Shown one piece after another: positions 1 through 8,450 of a stretch of DNA of 24,146 bases. The DNA comes from a virus (lineage: Duplodnaviria; Heunggongvirae; Uroviricota; Caudoviricetes), in IMG/VR virus record IMGVR_UViG_2698536506_000006. One strand, written 5' to 3'. Position 1 is the first letter of the stretch. Each line of letters opens with the position of its first letter. The position numbers and the translations under genes are program-made. A model generated the notes under the pieces. It was not told where the DNA came from. It searched no databases and saw only the letters and a list, made by a program, of their open reading frames with translations.

Positions 1-1032
1 TCAAAAACTTGCTATTGATGTTGGTAGTGTTGCCAGCGGATTAAACCGTAATGCAGTTTCCAGGTGATCCGGTGCCAGATGTGCGTAACGCATAGTCATT
101 TTTATATCGTGATGCCCTAGAATTTTTTGTAAGGCCAGGATATTTCCACCCGACATCATGAAGTGCGCCGCAAACGTATGGCGCAGAACGTGTGTCAGTT
201 GACCGCGAGGGAGCACGATAGACGTTTTTTCCATCACGGATAAAAATTGAAAATAGCAGTCTGTAAAGAAATTGAACCCATCAAGCGCCATGATCTCTTC
301 GTAAAGCTCTTTACTGATAGGGATGCTTCTGTTTTTCTTCCCCTTCGTTCTTACAAAGGTAATTCGGTATTTGGTCACCTGTGAGCGGGTAAGATTTACG
401 GCTTCTCGCCAGCGTGCGCCTGTGCTTAAGCATATTTTGACTACCAGAGCCAGAATTGGGTCCTGACGTTTGCAATCAGCCAGCAGTTCAACAATCTGCT
501 CATGGGTAAGCCATGCCATCTCTTTTTCTGCGATGGTGAATTTTCGCATGTTCTCCAGTGGGTTTGGATACGACCATTCGCCCAGGCGGGATAGTTCGCT
601 AAAAACACTACTTAGATAGCTTTGCTCCAGGTTAATGGTGACCGGGCTTGCTCCTTTCTTCCATTTCTCGCTGAAGTAGATCTCTCCTGTCAGGCGTTTA
701 TCTCGATAGTGGGCAAACATTTTAGAGGTGAGATCGGTTGCAAGGGGATTGCCCAGAGCGTCAACTATCAACAGCAATTTGTCATAGACATGCTGCCCAG
801 CTGTCAGAGATTTACCATGTAGTTTGAACCATAGCTCAACCACGTCTTTCAGTGTTCGACGATCCACTGATTCACCCAGCCAGGGCTTTGCTTCGGTTTC
901 TTCCATCGTGTGACGCTCAAAAGCCAGAGCTTCACCTTTGGTGGCGAATTGTTTACGCACACGACGCCCACTACGTCCGGCGGGGTAACATTCGCAAAGC
1001 CATTTTCCTGTGGTGAGTTTTCGTACTGCCAT
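1..1032 (-). CDS. int: Tyrosine integrase (P2/186 Int family)
   Basis: ORF ends with stop at 1-3. Start chosen at ATG 1032-1030 (MAVRKLTTGKW...), preceded by GGAGGG with about 8 nt spacing. C-terminal region carries tyrosine-recombinase-like motifs (HVLRHTFA...MMSGGNILALQKILGHHDIKMTMRYAHL). The ORF track extends the frame to 1110. Confidence 0.9.
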   Translation of the reverse strand: MAVRKLTTGKWLCECYPAGRSGRRVRKQFATKGEALAFERHTMEETEAKPWLGESVDRRTLKDVVELWFKLHGKSLTAGQHVYDKLLLIVDALGNPLATDLTSKMFAHYRDKRLTGEIYFSEKWKKGASPVTINLEQSYLSSVFSELSRLGEWSYPNPLENMRKFTIAEKEMAWLTHEQIVELLADCKRQDPILALVVKICLSTGARWREAVNLTRSQVTKYRITFVRTKGKKNRSIPISKELYEEIMALDGFNFFTDCYFQFLSVMEKTSIVLPRGQLTHVLRHTFAAHFMMSGGNILALQKILGHHDIKMTMRYAHLAPDHLETALRFNPLATLPTSIASF

Positions 1033-1218
1033 AAAAAATGCCCTCCAGTGGAGAGCATTTTTACTGTATGTATAACCAGTGTCAATGTATGAAATCCTGC
1101 GACCATACATCTCACTGAAGCCATAATGAAGTTGGCTATTTTTTGCTATGTGAGTATGTGACTTTTGCGGTTAGCCTGCGGCTCATTGTTATATTAGGCG
1201 CAGATATAAAAGCAAAAT

Positions 1219-1410
1219 TTATCGCGAGTTTTTAGTACAGATTTTTTTTGATTTACTAATAGTTCCATCATTGCAAACGAACTTTCCATCGGAGGTACAG
1301 TGAGAGACACCTCCTTTTTTCCCAGAACAAGGATAATTTTTAGCATAGGTAGTTAGTGGGTTTAATAACAAAGAGCATGATAAAACCACAAAAAATACCT
1401 TACCAAGCAT
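1219..1410 (-). CDS. Small Cys-rich secreted protein or lipoprotein (moron), 63 aa
   Basis: Strong RBS (GGGAGGA, about 5 nt spacer) before the ATG. N-terminal hydrophobic signal-like segment [16 protein letters not shown]. Five Cys in the predicted mature part. AT-rich relative to neighbours. Lies 15 bp downstream of cI on the same strand. Confidence 0.55.
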   Translation of the reverse strand: MLGKVFFVVLSCSLLLNPLTTYAKNYPCSGKKGGVSHCTSDGKFVCNDGTISKSKKICTKNSR

Positions 1411-1425
1411 AGTTTCCTCCCGGTA

Positions 1426-1995
1426 TTACCTAACGTACTTAATTGTTAAACTTATAATTTTTCCAATTATTTTAACATCTTCTATCTTGCACTCGAAGGC
1501 TCTGTTTCCACCTTCAACGAAGATTCTTCCACCGGGTAAACGAGTAATGTCGCGGATTGTTATTTCGCCATCAATACTTATTACCCATTTACCATCACGT
1601 ATATCATCAAATTCTTTATCACAAATAAATTCAGAATTGTTATCTGTGATGACAAAAGGTTTTTTAAACGTAGAGGGTAGAAATCCCTTATCAAAAATAT
1701 AAAAACCGTCTTCACGCAAGGCACCATCAGATAATACATATTTAGCAACTTCCATAGTATTTGTATTACCTGAAGTTTGCTTTGAACCATGCCCGGTTGT
1801 GAGCCAATTAAGCGAGGTGCCTGTTTCAAGGGCGCACTGGATTACCCATTCTGCTGGGAATGAGTCACGCATGTAGCGTGTGGCGAGTGTACTTTTAGAG
1901 ATTCCTAAATGATCGCACAACGCCTGTCGAGTCTTGAATCCATAAGCTTCTACCATGCGCTCTATAGCGCCTCGTCCGCCTTTCTCCAAATTCAT
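1426..1995 (-). CDS. cI: CI immunity repressor (phage 186 CI type)
   Basis: About 190 aa. Shares the pattern I recall for 186 CI (EAYGF..., ...RY.R..., CALETG..NL.WL.TG.G). Sits between int and a divergent apl/cII operon. ATG at 1995 chosen; an in-frame GTG at 2001 is also possible. Confidence 0.8.
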   Translation of the reverse strand: MNLEKGGRGAIERMVEAYGFKTRQALCDHLGISKSTLATRYMRDSFPAEWVIQCALETGTSLNWLTTGHGSKQTSGNTNTMEVAKYVLSDGALREDGFYIFDKGFLPSTFKKPFVITDNNSEFICDKEFDDIRDGKWVISIDGEITIRDITRLPGGRIFVEGGNRAFECKIEDVKIIGKIISLTIKYVR

Positions 1996-2019
1996 GGTCA
2001 CTCCAAGTGAACTTTTATC

Positions 2020-2048
2020 TTGACGATTTCACTGTGCGATCGTATGTT
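2020..2048 (+). promoter_or_regulatory. Candidate sigma70 promoter (pR-like) for the apl-cII early operon
   Basis: TTGACG at 2020-2025, 17-nt spacer, TATGTT at 2043-2048. RBS ACGAGGA precedes the apl ATG at 2121. Lies in the cI/apl divergent switch region. Confidence 0.4.
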
Positions 2049-2120
2049 TATGGTGTTCACAAAATACAAACGATCCGTATTCGTCCTGATTAATCATCAT
2101 TAAACGAGGAATGTTGCATC

Positions 2121-2342
2121 ATGAGACCTAACATTTCAATCACTCTTACCACGCCTCATGTGACTATTGAACGCTATAGCGAGCTGACAGGGCTATCCAT
2201 CGATACCATCAATGACATGTTGGCTGATGGACGCCTTATCCGTCACCGTCTGCGCAAAGATAAAAAACGCGAAAAAGTGATGATCAACATAGCAGCAATG
2301 ACCGTTGATGCGCTTTCAGAATGCAATCTAAACCTTAATTAG
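2121..2342 (+). CDS. apl: Apl/Cox-like excisionase and transcriptional regulator
   Basis: 73-aa ORF, first gene transcribed away from cI. Position and size match the Apl/Cox slot of 186/P2. Confidence 0.65.
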   Translation: MRPNISITLTTPHVTIERYSELTGLSIDTINDMLADGRLIRHRLRKDKKREKVMINIAAMTVDALSECNLNLN

Positions 2343-2374
2343 TTCGATTCTGAGATACATCAGAGGCATTGACC

Positions 2375-2884
2375 ATGTTTGATTACCAAGTTTCCAAACA
2401 TCCACATTTTGATGAAGCCTGTCGTGCATTCGCATTGCGCCACAACCTGGTGCAACTGGCAGAACGTGCTGGCATGAATGTGCAGATTCTGCGGAACAAG
2501 CTGAACCCAGCTCAACCTCATTTATTAACCGCACCAGAAATCTGGCTGCTTACCGATCTGACTGAAGATTCAACGCTGGTAGATGGTTTTCTGGCTCAGA
2601 TTCACTGCCTGCCATGCGTACCGATTAATGAGGTGGCAAAAGAGAAACTGCCACATTACGTCATGAGTGCAACCGCAGAGATCGGGCGTGTTGCTGCAGG
2701 TGCGGTATCTGGCGATGTAAAAACCAGTGCAGGTCGTCGTGATGCTATCAGCAGCATTAACTCTGTAACACGACTGATGGCGTTGGCTGCTGTTTCATTG
2801 CAGGCCCGTTTACAGGCTAACCCTGCGATGGCGAGTGCAGTTGATACCGTGACTGGCCTCGGTGCTTCATTCGGTTTGCTGTGA
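2375..2884 (+). CDS. cII: CII-like lysogeny establishment regulator (186 CII type)
   Basis: ATG at 2375 preceded by CAGAGG. 169 codons, the size I recall for 186 CII. Positioned directly after apl. Confidence 0.7.
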   Translation: MFDYQVSKHPHFDEACRAFALRHNLVQLAERAGMNVQILRNKLNPAQPHLLTAPEIWLLTDLTEDSTLVDGFLAQIHCLPCVPINEVAKEKLPHYVMSATAEIGRVAAGAVSGDVKTSAGRRDAISSINSVTRLMALAAVSLQARLQANPAMASAVDTVTGLGASFGLL

Positions 2885-2891
2885 GGTGCTT

Positions 2892-3188
2892 ATGCTGACG
2901 AAAGAACCATCATTTGCATCGCTGCTGGTAAAGCAAAGTCCGGCAATGCACTACGGTCACGGCTGGATCATGGGTGAGAATGGAAAACGCTGGCATCCAT
3001 GTCATTCACAAGATGAATTGCTGTCTGAATTGACCACGAGGAAACGGAGAAAGTCAAAATGTATGCAGCGGAAAGTGAAGTGGTTTATCAGTTTCGTTAC
3101 AGAGGGGAGAGTTATTCAGTACCTGAAGATGATTTGCTCTGTTGTTATCCGTCGTTGTCGGGCGATGGCAGTTACTTTTTCACGCTAA
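2892..3188 (+). CDS. Hypothetical early protein (uncertain; overlaps the next ORF)
   Basis: ATG at 2892 preceded by GAGGTG. The frame stays open to 3188 but the C-terminal part overlaps 3059-3283 in another frame and looks less protein-like. Confidence 0.3.
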   Translation: MLTKEPSFASLLVKQSPAMHYGHGWIMGENGKRWHPCHSQDELLSELTTRKRRKSKCMQRKVKWFISFVTEGRVIQYLKMICSVVIRRCRAMAVTFSR

Positions 3189-3283
3189 AGGATGGGACGT
3201 TTTTACGGGGAGAGCAGGTTAAAGAGACGATACGAAAAAATGTATCTCCTCTTGAACGTTACCGTAAGAACAAAGAACGATAG
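3059..3283 (+). CDS. Hypothetical early protein, 74 aa
   Basis: ATG at 3059 preceded by ACGGAGAAAG. Plausible composition. Occupies the fil/dhr-like slot of 186-type phages. Confidence 0.5.
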   Translation: MYAAESEVVYQFRYRGESYSVPEDDLLCCYPSLSGDGSYFFTLKDGTFLRGEQVKETIRKNVSPLERYRKNKER

Positions 3284-3305
3284 TTGCGTTTTGGGGATAT
3301 GAATT

Positions 3306-3647
3306 ATGGCAATTAATGGCGCTGCGGCGACTGTTCCATTAAGCCCCGGTGAACGCCTGAATGGACTTAATCACATTGCGGAGTTAAGGGCGAAAGTTTT
3401 TGGTCTGAATATTGAGTCAGAGCTTGAGCGGTTTATTAAAGATATGCGTGATCCACGCGATATTAATAGCGAACAAAATAAACGGGCACTGGCTGCCATA
3501 TTCTTTATGGCAAAAATTCCAGCTGAACGTCATAGCATCAGCATTAATGAGCTGACCACTGACGAAAAGCGGGAGTTGATTAAAGCAATGAATCATTTTC
3601 GTGCAGTAGTGAGCTTATTTCCCAGACGGCTAACCATGCCGAATTAA
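3306..3647 (+). CDS. Hypothetical phage protein, 113 aa
   Basis: ORF with GGGGA upstream of the ATG, within the early operon. Confidence 0.55.
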   Translation: MAINGAAATVPLSPGERLNGLNHIAELRAKVFGLNIESELERFIKDMRDPRDINSEQNKRALAAIFFMAKIPAERHSISINELTTDEKRELIKAMNHFRAVVSLFPRRLTMPN

Positions 3648-3714
3648 CCAACTAATGAAATTAATGGCGTAAACCCGCCGGGCATCCCTTTATCTAAATT
3701 CAGGAGAATTGATT

Positions 3715-3948
3715 ATGCGTAATATTGAAACCCTCTCGACCAAAACCGGACCGGATGACGCAGGGCTTAATATTTTACTGACAGAGGCTCGTCTGGAAGA
3801 ACGCCGGGCAAGGGCTGAAGCAATGGCAGCTCGCCTTGATAGCCTGGCGTGTCATATCACATCCCGCCAGCTAACCCACGTCGAAGCGGCAGAACTGCTT
3901 CGTGTGACTGCTGAAGCAATCCAGAACGAAGCGCAGGAGATCCACTAA
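3715..3948 (+). CDS. Small phage protein (DUF2732-like), about 77 aa
   Basis: AGGAGA RBS 7 nt before ATG 3715. Stop overlaps the next start (TAATG). Resembles the small conserved ORF family common in P2-like early operons. Confidence 0.55.
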   Translation: MRNIETLSTKTGPDDAGLNILLTEARLEERRARAEAMAARLDSLACHITSRQLTHVEAAELLRVTAEAIQNEAQEIH

Positions 3949-4169
3949 TGGCTGATGCAATGGATCTCGTACAGCAGCGCGTTGAAGAAGAACGCCATAT
4001 CCGTGCTGCCCGTGCCAAAACGCCGGGCGTGTCCCGCGTGCTTTGCATTGAGTGTGAAGCGCCAATTCCGCCAGCACGCCGCCGTGCCATTCCGGGTGTG
4101 CAGCTTTGCATTACCTGTCAGGAAATCGCAGAGCTGAAAGGCAAACATTACAACGGAGGTGCTGTATGA
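3948..4169 (+). CDS. TraR/DksA-family C4 zinc-finger protein
   Basis: 73 aa with CxxC...CxxC (CIECEAPIPP...CITCQ), typical of phage TraR-like proteins. Stop overlaps the dam start (ATGA). Confidence 0.75.
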   Translation: MADAMDLVQQRVEEERHIRAARAKTPGVSRVLCIECEAPIPPARRRAIPGVQLCITCQEIAELKGKHYNGGAV

Positions 4170-5023
4170 GCACCATCCTGAAATGGGCGGGAAATAAAAC
4201 TGCCATAATGTCCGAACTGAAAAAACATCTTCCTGCTGGCCCGCGACTGGTTGAACCTTTCGCGGGTTCCTGTGCTGTGATGATGGAGACGGATTATCCC
4301 AGCTATCTGGTTGCGGATATTAATCCTGATTTAATCAACCTCTATAAAAAGGTTGCCGCTGATTGTGAATCGTTTATATCTCGCGCCAGAGTTTTATTTG
4401 AGATCGCAAACAGGGAGGTGGCTTATTACAACATAAGGCAGGAGTTTAATTACTCAACTGAAATTACTGATTTCATGAAAGCGGTATATTTCCTGTATCT
4501 CAATCGTCACGGTTACCGTGGTTTATGTCGCTATAACAAGAGCGGGCATTTCAACATTCCCTACGGTAATTATAAAAATCCGTATTTCCCTGAAAAAGAA
4601 ATTCGCGCATTTGCAGAAAAGGCCCAGCGAGCAACGTTTATCTGCGCCAGCTTTGATGAAACGCTGGCGATGTTGAAGGCGGGGGATGTGGTGTATTGCG
4701 ATCCGCCGTATGACGGTACGTTTTCCGGCTATCACACTGACGGCTTCACTGAAGATGACCAGTATCACCTGGCATCTGTTCTTGAACATCGGTCATCAGA
4801 AGGACATCCGGTCATTGTTTCTAACAGTGACACATCCCTGATCCGTTCGCTGTATCGCAATTTTACTCACCACTACATCAAGGCAAAACGCAGCATCGGT
4901 GTGGCAGCTGGCGAGGGTAAATCAGCAACAGAAATTATTGCTGTTTCCGGGCCGCGCTGCTGGGTGGGATTTGATTATTCGCGTGGCGTGGATAGTTCTG
5001 CCGTGTACGGAGTACGTGCATGA
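4166..5023 (+). CDS. dam: DNA adenine methyltransferase (Dam family, N6-adenine)
   Basis: Begins [11 protein letters not shown]. AdoMet-binding motif EPFAGSCAV and catalytic DPPY ([11 protein letters not shown]). GGAGGT RBS. Translationally coupled to the upstream and downstream genes. Confidence 0.9.
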   Translation: MSTILKWAGNKTAIMSELKKHLPAGPRLVEPFAGSCAVMMETDYPSYLVADINPDLINLYKKVAADCESFISRARVLFEIANREVAYYNIRQEFNYSTEITDFMKAVYFLYLNRHGYRGLCRYNKSGHFNIPYGNYKNPYFPEKEIRAFAEKAQRATFICASFDETLAMLKAGDVVYCDPPYDGTFSGYHTDGFTEDDQYHLASVLEHRSSEGHPVIVSNSDTSLIRSLYRNFTHHYIKAKRSIGVAAGEGKSATEIIAVSGPRCWVGFDYSRGVDSSAVYGVRA

Positions 5024-7407
5024 GTCATGCCGATATGAACAACTGCTGCGGCTTTAACGAAGCTGCCGCATCGTTCTCATGGAACAGCCCGAAAAAGGCC
5101 ATTAACCCTTATCTGGACCCGGCGGAAGTTGCGCCGGTTTCTGCGCTTTCAAACCTGATCACTCTGTACGCTACTGATAACGAGCAGGAACAACTGCGCC
5201 GCGAGGCACTGAGTGATCAGGTCTGGGAGCGTTATTTCTTTAATGAATCCCGTGATCCTGTCCAACGCGAAATGGAGCAGGATAAGCTCATTAGCCGGGC
5301 AAAGATGGCGCATGAGCAGCAGCGTTTTAATCCAGACATGGTCATTCTGACTGACGTCAACGCCCAGCCTTCCCATATCAGCAAGCCGCTGATGCAACGT
5401 ATTGAATATTTCAGCAGCCTGGGCAGGCCAAAGGCTTATTCCCGCTATTTGCGTGAGACGATTAAGCCATGTCTGGAACGACTGGAGCATGTACGCGACA
5501 GCCAGCTATCTGCATCTTTTCGTTTTATGGCAAGCCATGAAGGGCTGGACGGTCTGCTGATCCTGCCTGAAATGAGTCAGGATCAGGTGAAACGCCTGTC
5601 TACCCTTGTCGCTGCGCATATGAGCATGTGTCTTGATGCCGCTTGTGGTGATTTGTACGCCTCCGATGATGTTAAGCCAGAAGAAATCCGCAAGACATGG
5701 GAAAAGGTGGCTGCAGAAACCCTGCGACTGGATGTCATACCGCCTGCGTTTGAGCAACTCCGCCGGAAAAGAAACCGCCGCAAACCTGTGCCTTATGAAC
5801 TCATTCCGGGTTCGCTGGCGCGTATGCTGTGCGCCGACTGGTGGTATCGGAAATTATGGAAGATGCGTTGCGAATGGCGGGAAGAGCAGTTGCGTGCTGT
5901 CTGCCTGGTCAGCAAAAAAGCATCTCCCTATGTCAGCTATGAAGCCGTGATGCATAAACGTGAGCAGCGCCGTAAGTCGCTGGAGTTTTTCCGTTCTCAT
6001 GAACTGGTGAACGAAGACGGCGACACGCTGAACATGGAGGATGTGGTAAACGCCAGCAGCAGCAACCCGGCGCATCGCCGCAACGAGATGATGGCCTGTG
6101 TTAAAGGCCTGGAGCTTATCGCGGAAATGCGTGGTGACTGCGCCGTTTTCTACACCATCACCTGTCCGTCACGTTTCCATTCCACGCTAAATAACGGCAG
6201 GCCAAACCCGACCTGGACCAACGCGACAGTAAGACAAAGCAGCGATTATCTGGTCGGCATGTTTGCTGCATTTCGTAAGGCTATGCACAAAGCCGGGTTG
6301 CGCTGGTATGGCGTGCGGGTGGCTGAGCCGCATCATGACGGCACAGTTCACTGGCACCTGTTGTGTTTCATGCGCAAAAAAGACCGCCGCGCCATTACTG
6401 CATTGTTGCGTAAGTTTGCCATCCGTGAAGACCGCGAGGAGCTGGGCAATAACACGGGGCCACGCTTTAAGTCTGAGCTGATAAACCCGCGCAAAGGAAC
6501 GCCGACAAGCTACATTGCGAAATATATCAGTAAGAATATTGACGGGCGTGGTCTGGCTGGCGAGATCAGTAAGGAAACGGGTAAATCCCTGCGTGATAAC
6601 GCTGAATACGTTAATGCCTGGGCGTCTCTGCATCGTGTTCAGCAATTCCGCTTCTTTGGCATTCCGGGGCGTCAGGCTTACCGTGAACTGCGATTGCTGG
6701 CTGGTCAGGCGGCAAGGCAACAGGGTGACAAAAAAGCAGGTGCGCCGGTACTGGATAACCCGCGCCTTGATGCCATCCTGGCTGCTGCTGATGCTGGTTG
6801 TTTTGCCTCCTACATCATGAAGCAGGGCGGCGTACTGGTTCCCCGCAAATATCACCTCATCAGAACCGCTTATGAAATCAACGAAGAGCCGACCGCCTAT
6901 GGCGATCACGGTATTCGTATTTATGGCATCTGGTCACCCATTGCAGAGGGCAAGATCTGCACTCATGCAGTGAAGTGGAAAATGGTTCGTAAGGCCGTTG
7001 ACGTTCAGGAGGCGGCAGCCGACCAGGGCGCTTGCGCCCCTTGGACTCGTGGCAATAACTGTCCCCTTGTTGAAATTTTGAACCAATCAGGGGGCGAATC
7101 ACCCGAACCCAAAGAGCCGGAGGCGCTGCCGGATCTCCATAATCTGAGCGCGAGGGAACGGCGGGAGCTGACGGCCCGGCTGAGGCTGGTAAAACCGAAG
7201 CGGCGAAAAGGGTACAAACAGGAAATTAACGAACAGCAGCGTCAGCAGCTCGACGCTGAGTTGAGGTCCAGAGGGTTTGAAGCGAGTGAAACAGAGGTGG
7301 ATCTGCTTTTGCGTGGCGGCAGCATTCCGTCCGGGGCCGGGCTGCGTATTTTCTACCGCAACCAGCGCCTGCAGGAAGATGATAAGTGGCGGCAGTGGTA
7401 TTCATGA
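5020..7407 (+). CDS. A: Replication initiation endonuclease gpA (rolling-circle, HUH family)
   Basis: 795 aa. HUH-like motif [10 protein letters not shown] and active-site tyrosine region YIAKYISK. Position after the early regulators as in P2/186. Confidence 0.9.
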   Translation: MSHADMNNCCGFNEAAASFSWNSPKKAINPYLDPAEVAPVSALSNLITLYATDNEQEQLRREALSDQVWERYFFNESRDPVQREMEQDKLISRAKMAHEQQRFNPDMVILTDVNAQPSHISKPLMQRIEYFSSLGRPKAYSRYLRETIKPCLERLEHVRDSQLSASFRFMASHEGLDGLLILPEMSQDQVKRLSTLVAAHMSMCLDAACGDLYASDDVKPEEIRKTWEKVAAETLRLDVIPPAFEQLRRKRNRRKPVPYELIPGSLARMLCADWWYRKLWKMRCEWREEQLRAVCLVSKKASPYVSYEAVMHKREQRRKSLEFFRSHELVNEDGDTLNMEDVVNASSSNPAHRRNEMMACVKGLELIAEMRGDCAVFYTITCPSRFHSTLNNGRPNPTWTNATVRQSSDYLVGMFAAFRKAMHKAGLRWYGVRVAEPHHDGTVHWHLLCFMRKKDRRAITALLRKFAIREDREELGNNTGPRFKSELINPRKGTPTSYIAKYISKNIDGRGLAGEISKETGKSLRDNAEYVNAWASLHRVQQFRFFGIPGRQAYRELRLLAGQAARQQGDKKAGAPVLDNPRLDAILAAADAGCFASYIMKQGGVLVPRKYHLIRTAYEINEEPTAYGDHGIRIYGIWSPIAEGKICTHAVKWKMVRKAVDVQEAAADQGACAPWTRGNNCPLVEILNQSGGESPEPKEPEALPDLHNLSARERRELTARLRLVKPKRRKGYKQEINEQQRQQLDAELRSRGFEASETEVDLLLRGGSIPSGAGLRIFYRNQRLQEDDKWRQWYS

Positions 7408-7497
7408 ATAGCCACAAGGGCACGCAATTACTGCAACGAGTCAGAAGTATCTCATTGAAAGCAAAAAAGCATTTTACATCCGGAAACTTCTTCTATA

Positions 7498-7528
7498 CTG
7501 TATATATAAACAGTGGATATATATACAG
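7498..7528. promoter_or_regulatory. Inverted repeat, candidate operator or promoter element upstream of ORF 7562
   Basis: CTGTATATATA (7498-7508) and its reverse complement TATATATACAG (7518-7528) separated by 9 nt, about 35 bp upstream of an AGGAGGGA RBS. Confidence 0.35.
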
Positions 7529-7561
7529 TTTATTTATCCGGCAGTATCGATAGGAGGGAAG

Positions 7562-7750
7562 ATGCAGGACTATTTTCTGGAGTCGTTGAAGCTCCAGCGC
7601 ATTGATTTTTTTATCAAGCTTGTAGCGGCGAGTGAGTGTGATGACGAAGAAAAGCAGCTGGCGATTCAGTGGGTTTCTGAGTTAACGGATGAGCTGATGG
7701 CGAAGATTCGTGCTCATGAATACAACCGCTCAATGGATATTCCCGGTTAG
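7562..7750 (+). CDS. Hypothetical protein, 62 aa
   Basis: Strong RBS AGGAGGGA. Acidic, helical-looking small protein. Lies between gpA and cos. Confidence 0.5.
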   Translation: MQDYFLESLKLQRIDFFIKLVAASECDDEEKQLAIQWVSELTDELMAKIRAHEYNRSMDIPG

Positions 7751-7828
7751 CAGCAGGAACGTTGCTGGCGCAAGAACTGGCTTCTTACGTCAGCAAGGTT
7801 GAACAACGAGTCCAGCGAGGCGTTAGCC

Positions 7829-8095
7829 ATGGCTAAATCCAACAGCAAATTCCAGACCGTCTATGAGGGGCAGGTGCTTGAGCGTTTCGAGCCCGGTGGA
7901 TGGGTCTTGTTTCAACGCCGTTCTGAATATGGCGGTAAGTTCTGGATGGGACGAACCATGGACGATGTATTTTTGTTTGGTCCCGATCATCCGGTATCTG
8001 GAGGTGAGGCTATGAGCTTCATCATTGATTACGAGGGTGAGCAATTCAGACGGTCTTTACCCGTCGAATATACCCCACAGATACCGCTTTTCTGA
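7829..8095 (+). CDS. Hypothetical protein, about 88 aa
   Basis: ATG at 7829 with GAGG upstream; the frame is open from 7799. Followed by a terminator-like hairpin. Confidence 0.5.
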   Translation: MAKSNSKFQTVYEGQVLERFEPGGWVLFQRRSEYGGKFWMGRTMDDVFLFGPDHPVSGGEAMSFIIDYEGEQFRRSLPVEYTPQIPLF

Positions 8096-8160
8096 GAACC
8101 GGCTGAGTGCATGTCTATGCTGCATGAGATCGCATGATCGTTTGAGGATCGTTTTCGCTG

Positions 8161-8190
8161 AAGCCCGCCAGAACTGGCGGGCTTTTGGTT
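8161..8190 (+). terminator. Rho-independent terminator-like hairpin
   Basis: AAGCCCGCC / GGCGGGCTT 9-bp stem with 6-nt loop, followed by TTTTGGTT. Confidence 0.55.
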
Positions 8191-8231
8191 ATGTCATGCA
8201 GGTGCATGAAAACCGCTACATAAAGCGGGCA

Positions 8232-8250
8232 GGCGTGGCGGGGATACGAG
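8232..8250. other. Candidate cos site (cohesive-end sequence of P2/186 type)
   Basis: GGCGTGGCGGGGATACGAG followed by CGCGCGC. Closely resembles the P2/186 cohesive ends as I recall them (GGCG[A/T]GGCGGGGAAAGCA...). Lies between the A-side and Q-side of the genome as expected. Confidence 0.5.
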
Positions 8251-8297
8251 CGCGCGCCCGGCTTGCTATTTGTTCGTTGCAACATTAGTATTCCTAT

Positions 8298-8450
8298 GCT
8301 CTTTAGCGTTAGGGAACCATTGCGTTCTAGCCGGGCGATAAGCCAGGCTCTAATTTATTGCTCAGTTTAGGGTTGCGAAAGCGACGAATTCGTCGCTTTC
8401 GCTGTCTTTAGTGAAGAGCTCGGCCCGCGCAAGCGGGCCTCACAAGCGGA
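8298..8450 (+). ncRNA. Candidate retron msr/msd non-coding RNA (boundaries approximate)
   Basis: Non-coding stretch immediately upstream of a retron-type RT. Contains a perfect 28-nt palindrome (8375-8402) and a GC hairpin with GCAA loop (8422-8439). Possible promoter TTGCTA (8263-8268), 17-nt spacer, TAGTAT (8286-8291). a1/a2 repeats were not resolved by eye. Confidence 0.35.

Noticed and set aside
622-1124. Small ORFs overlapping the integrase on both strands (622-822, 849-1124, 910-1092)
   Set aside because: Embedded within or antisense to the well-supported integrase gene; no independent support.
6187-6909. 240-aa ORF on the minus strand
   Set aside because: Antisense within gpA; no RBS context and implausible composition. 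Shadow ORF.
8232-8260. GC-rich segment first considered part of the retron msr stem
   Set aside because: Better explained as the phage cos site because of its match to the GGCG[A/T]GGCGGGGA cohesive-end pattern; the retron ncRNA is more likely downstream of about 8260.
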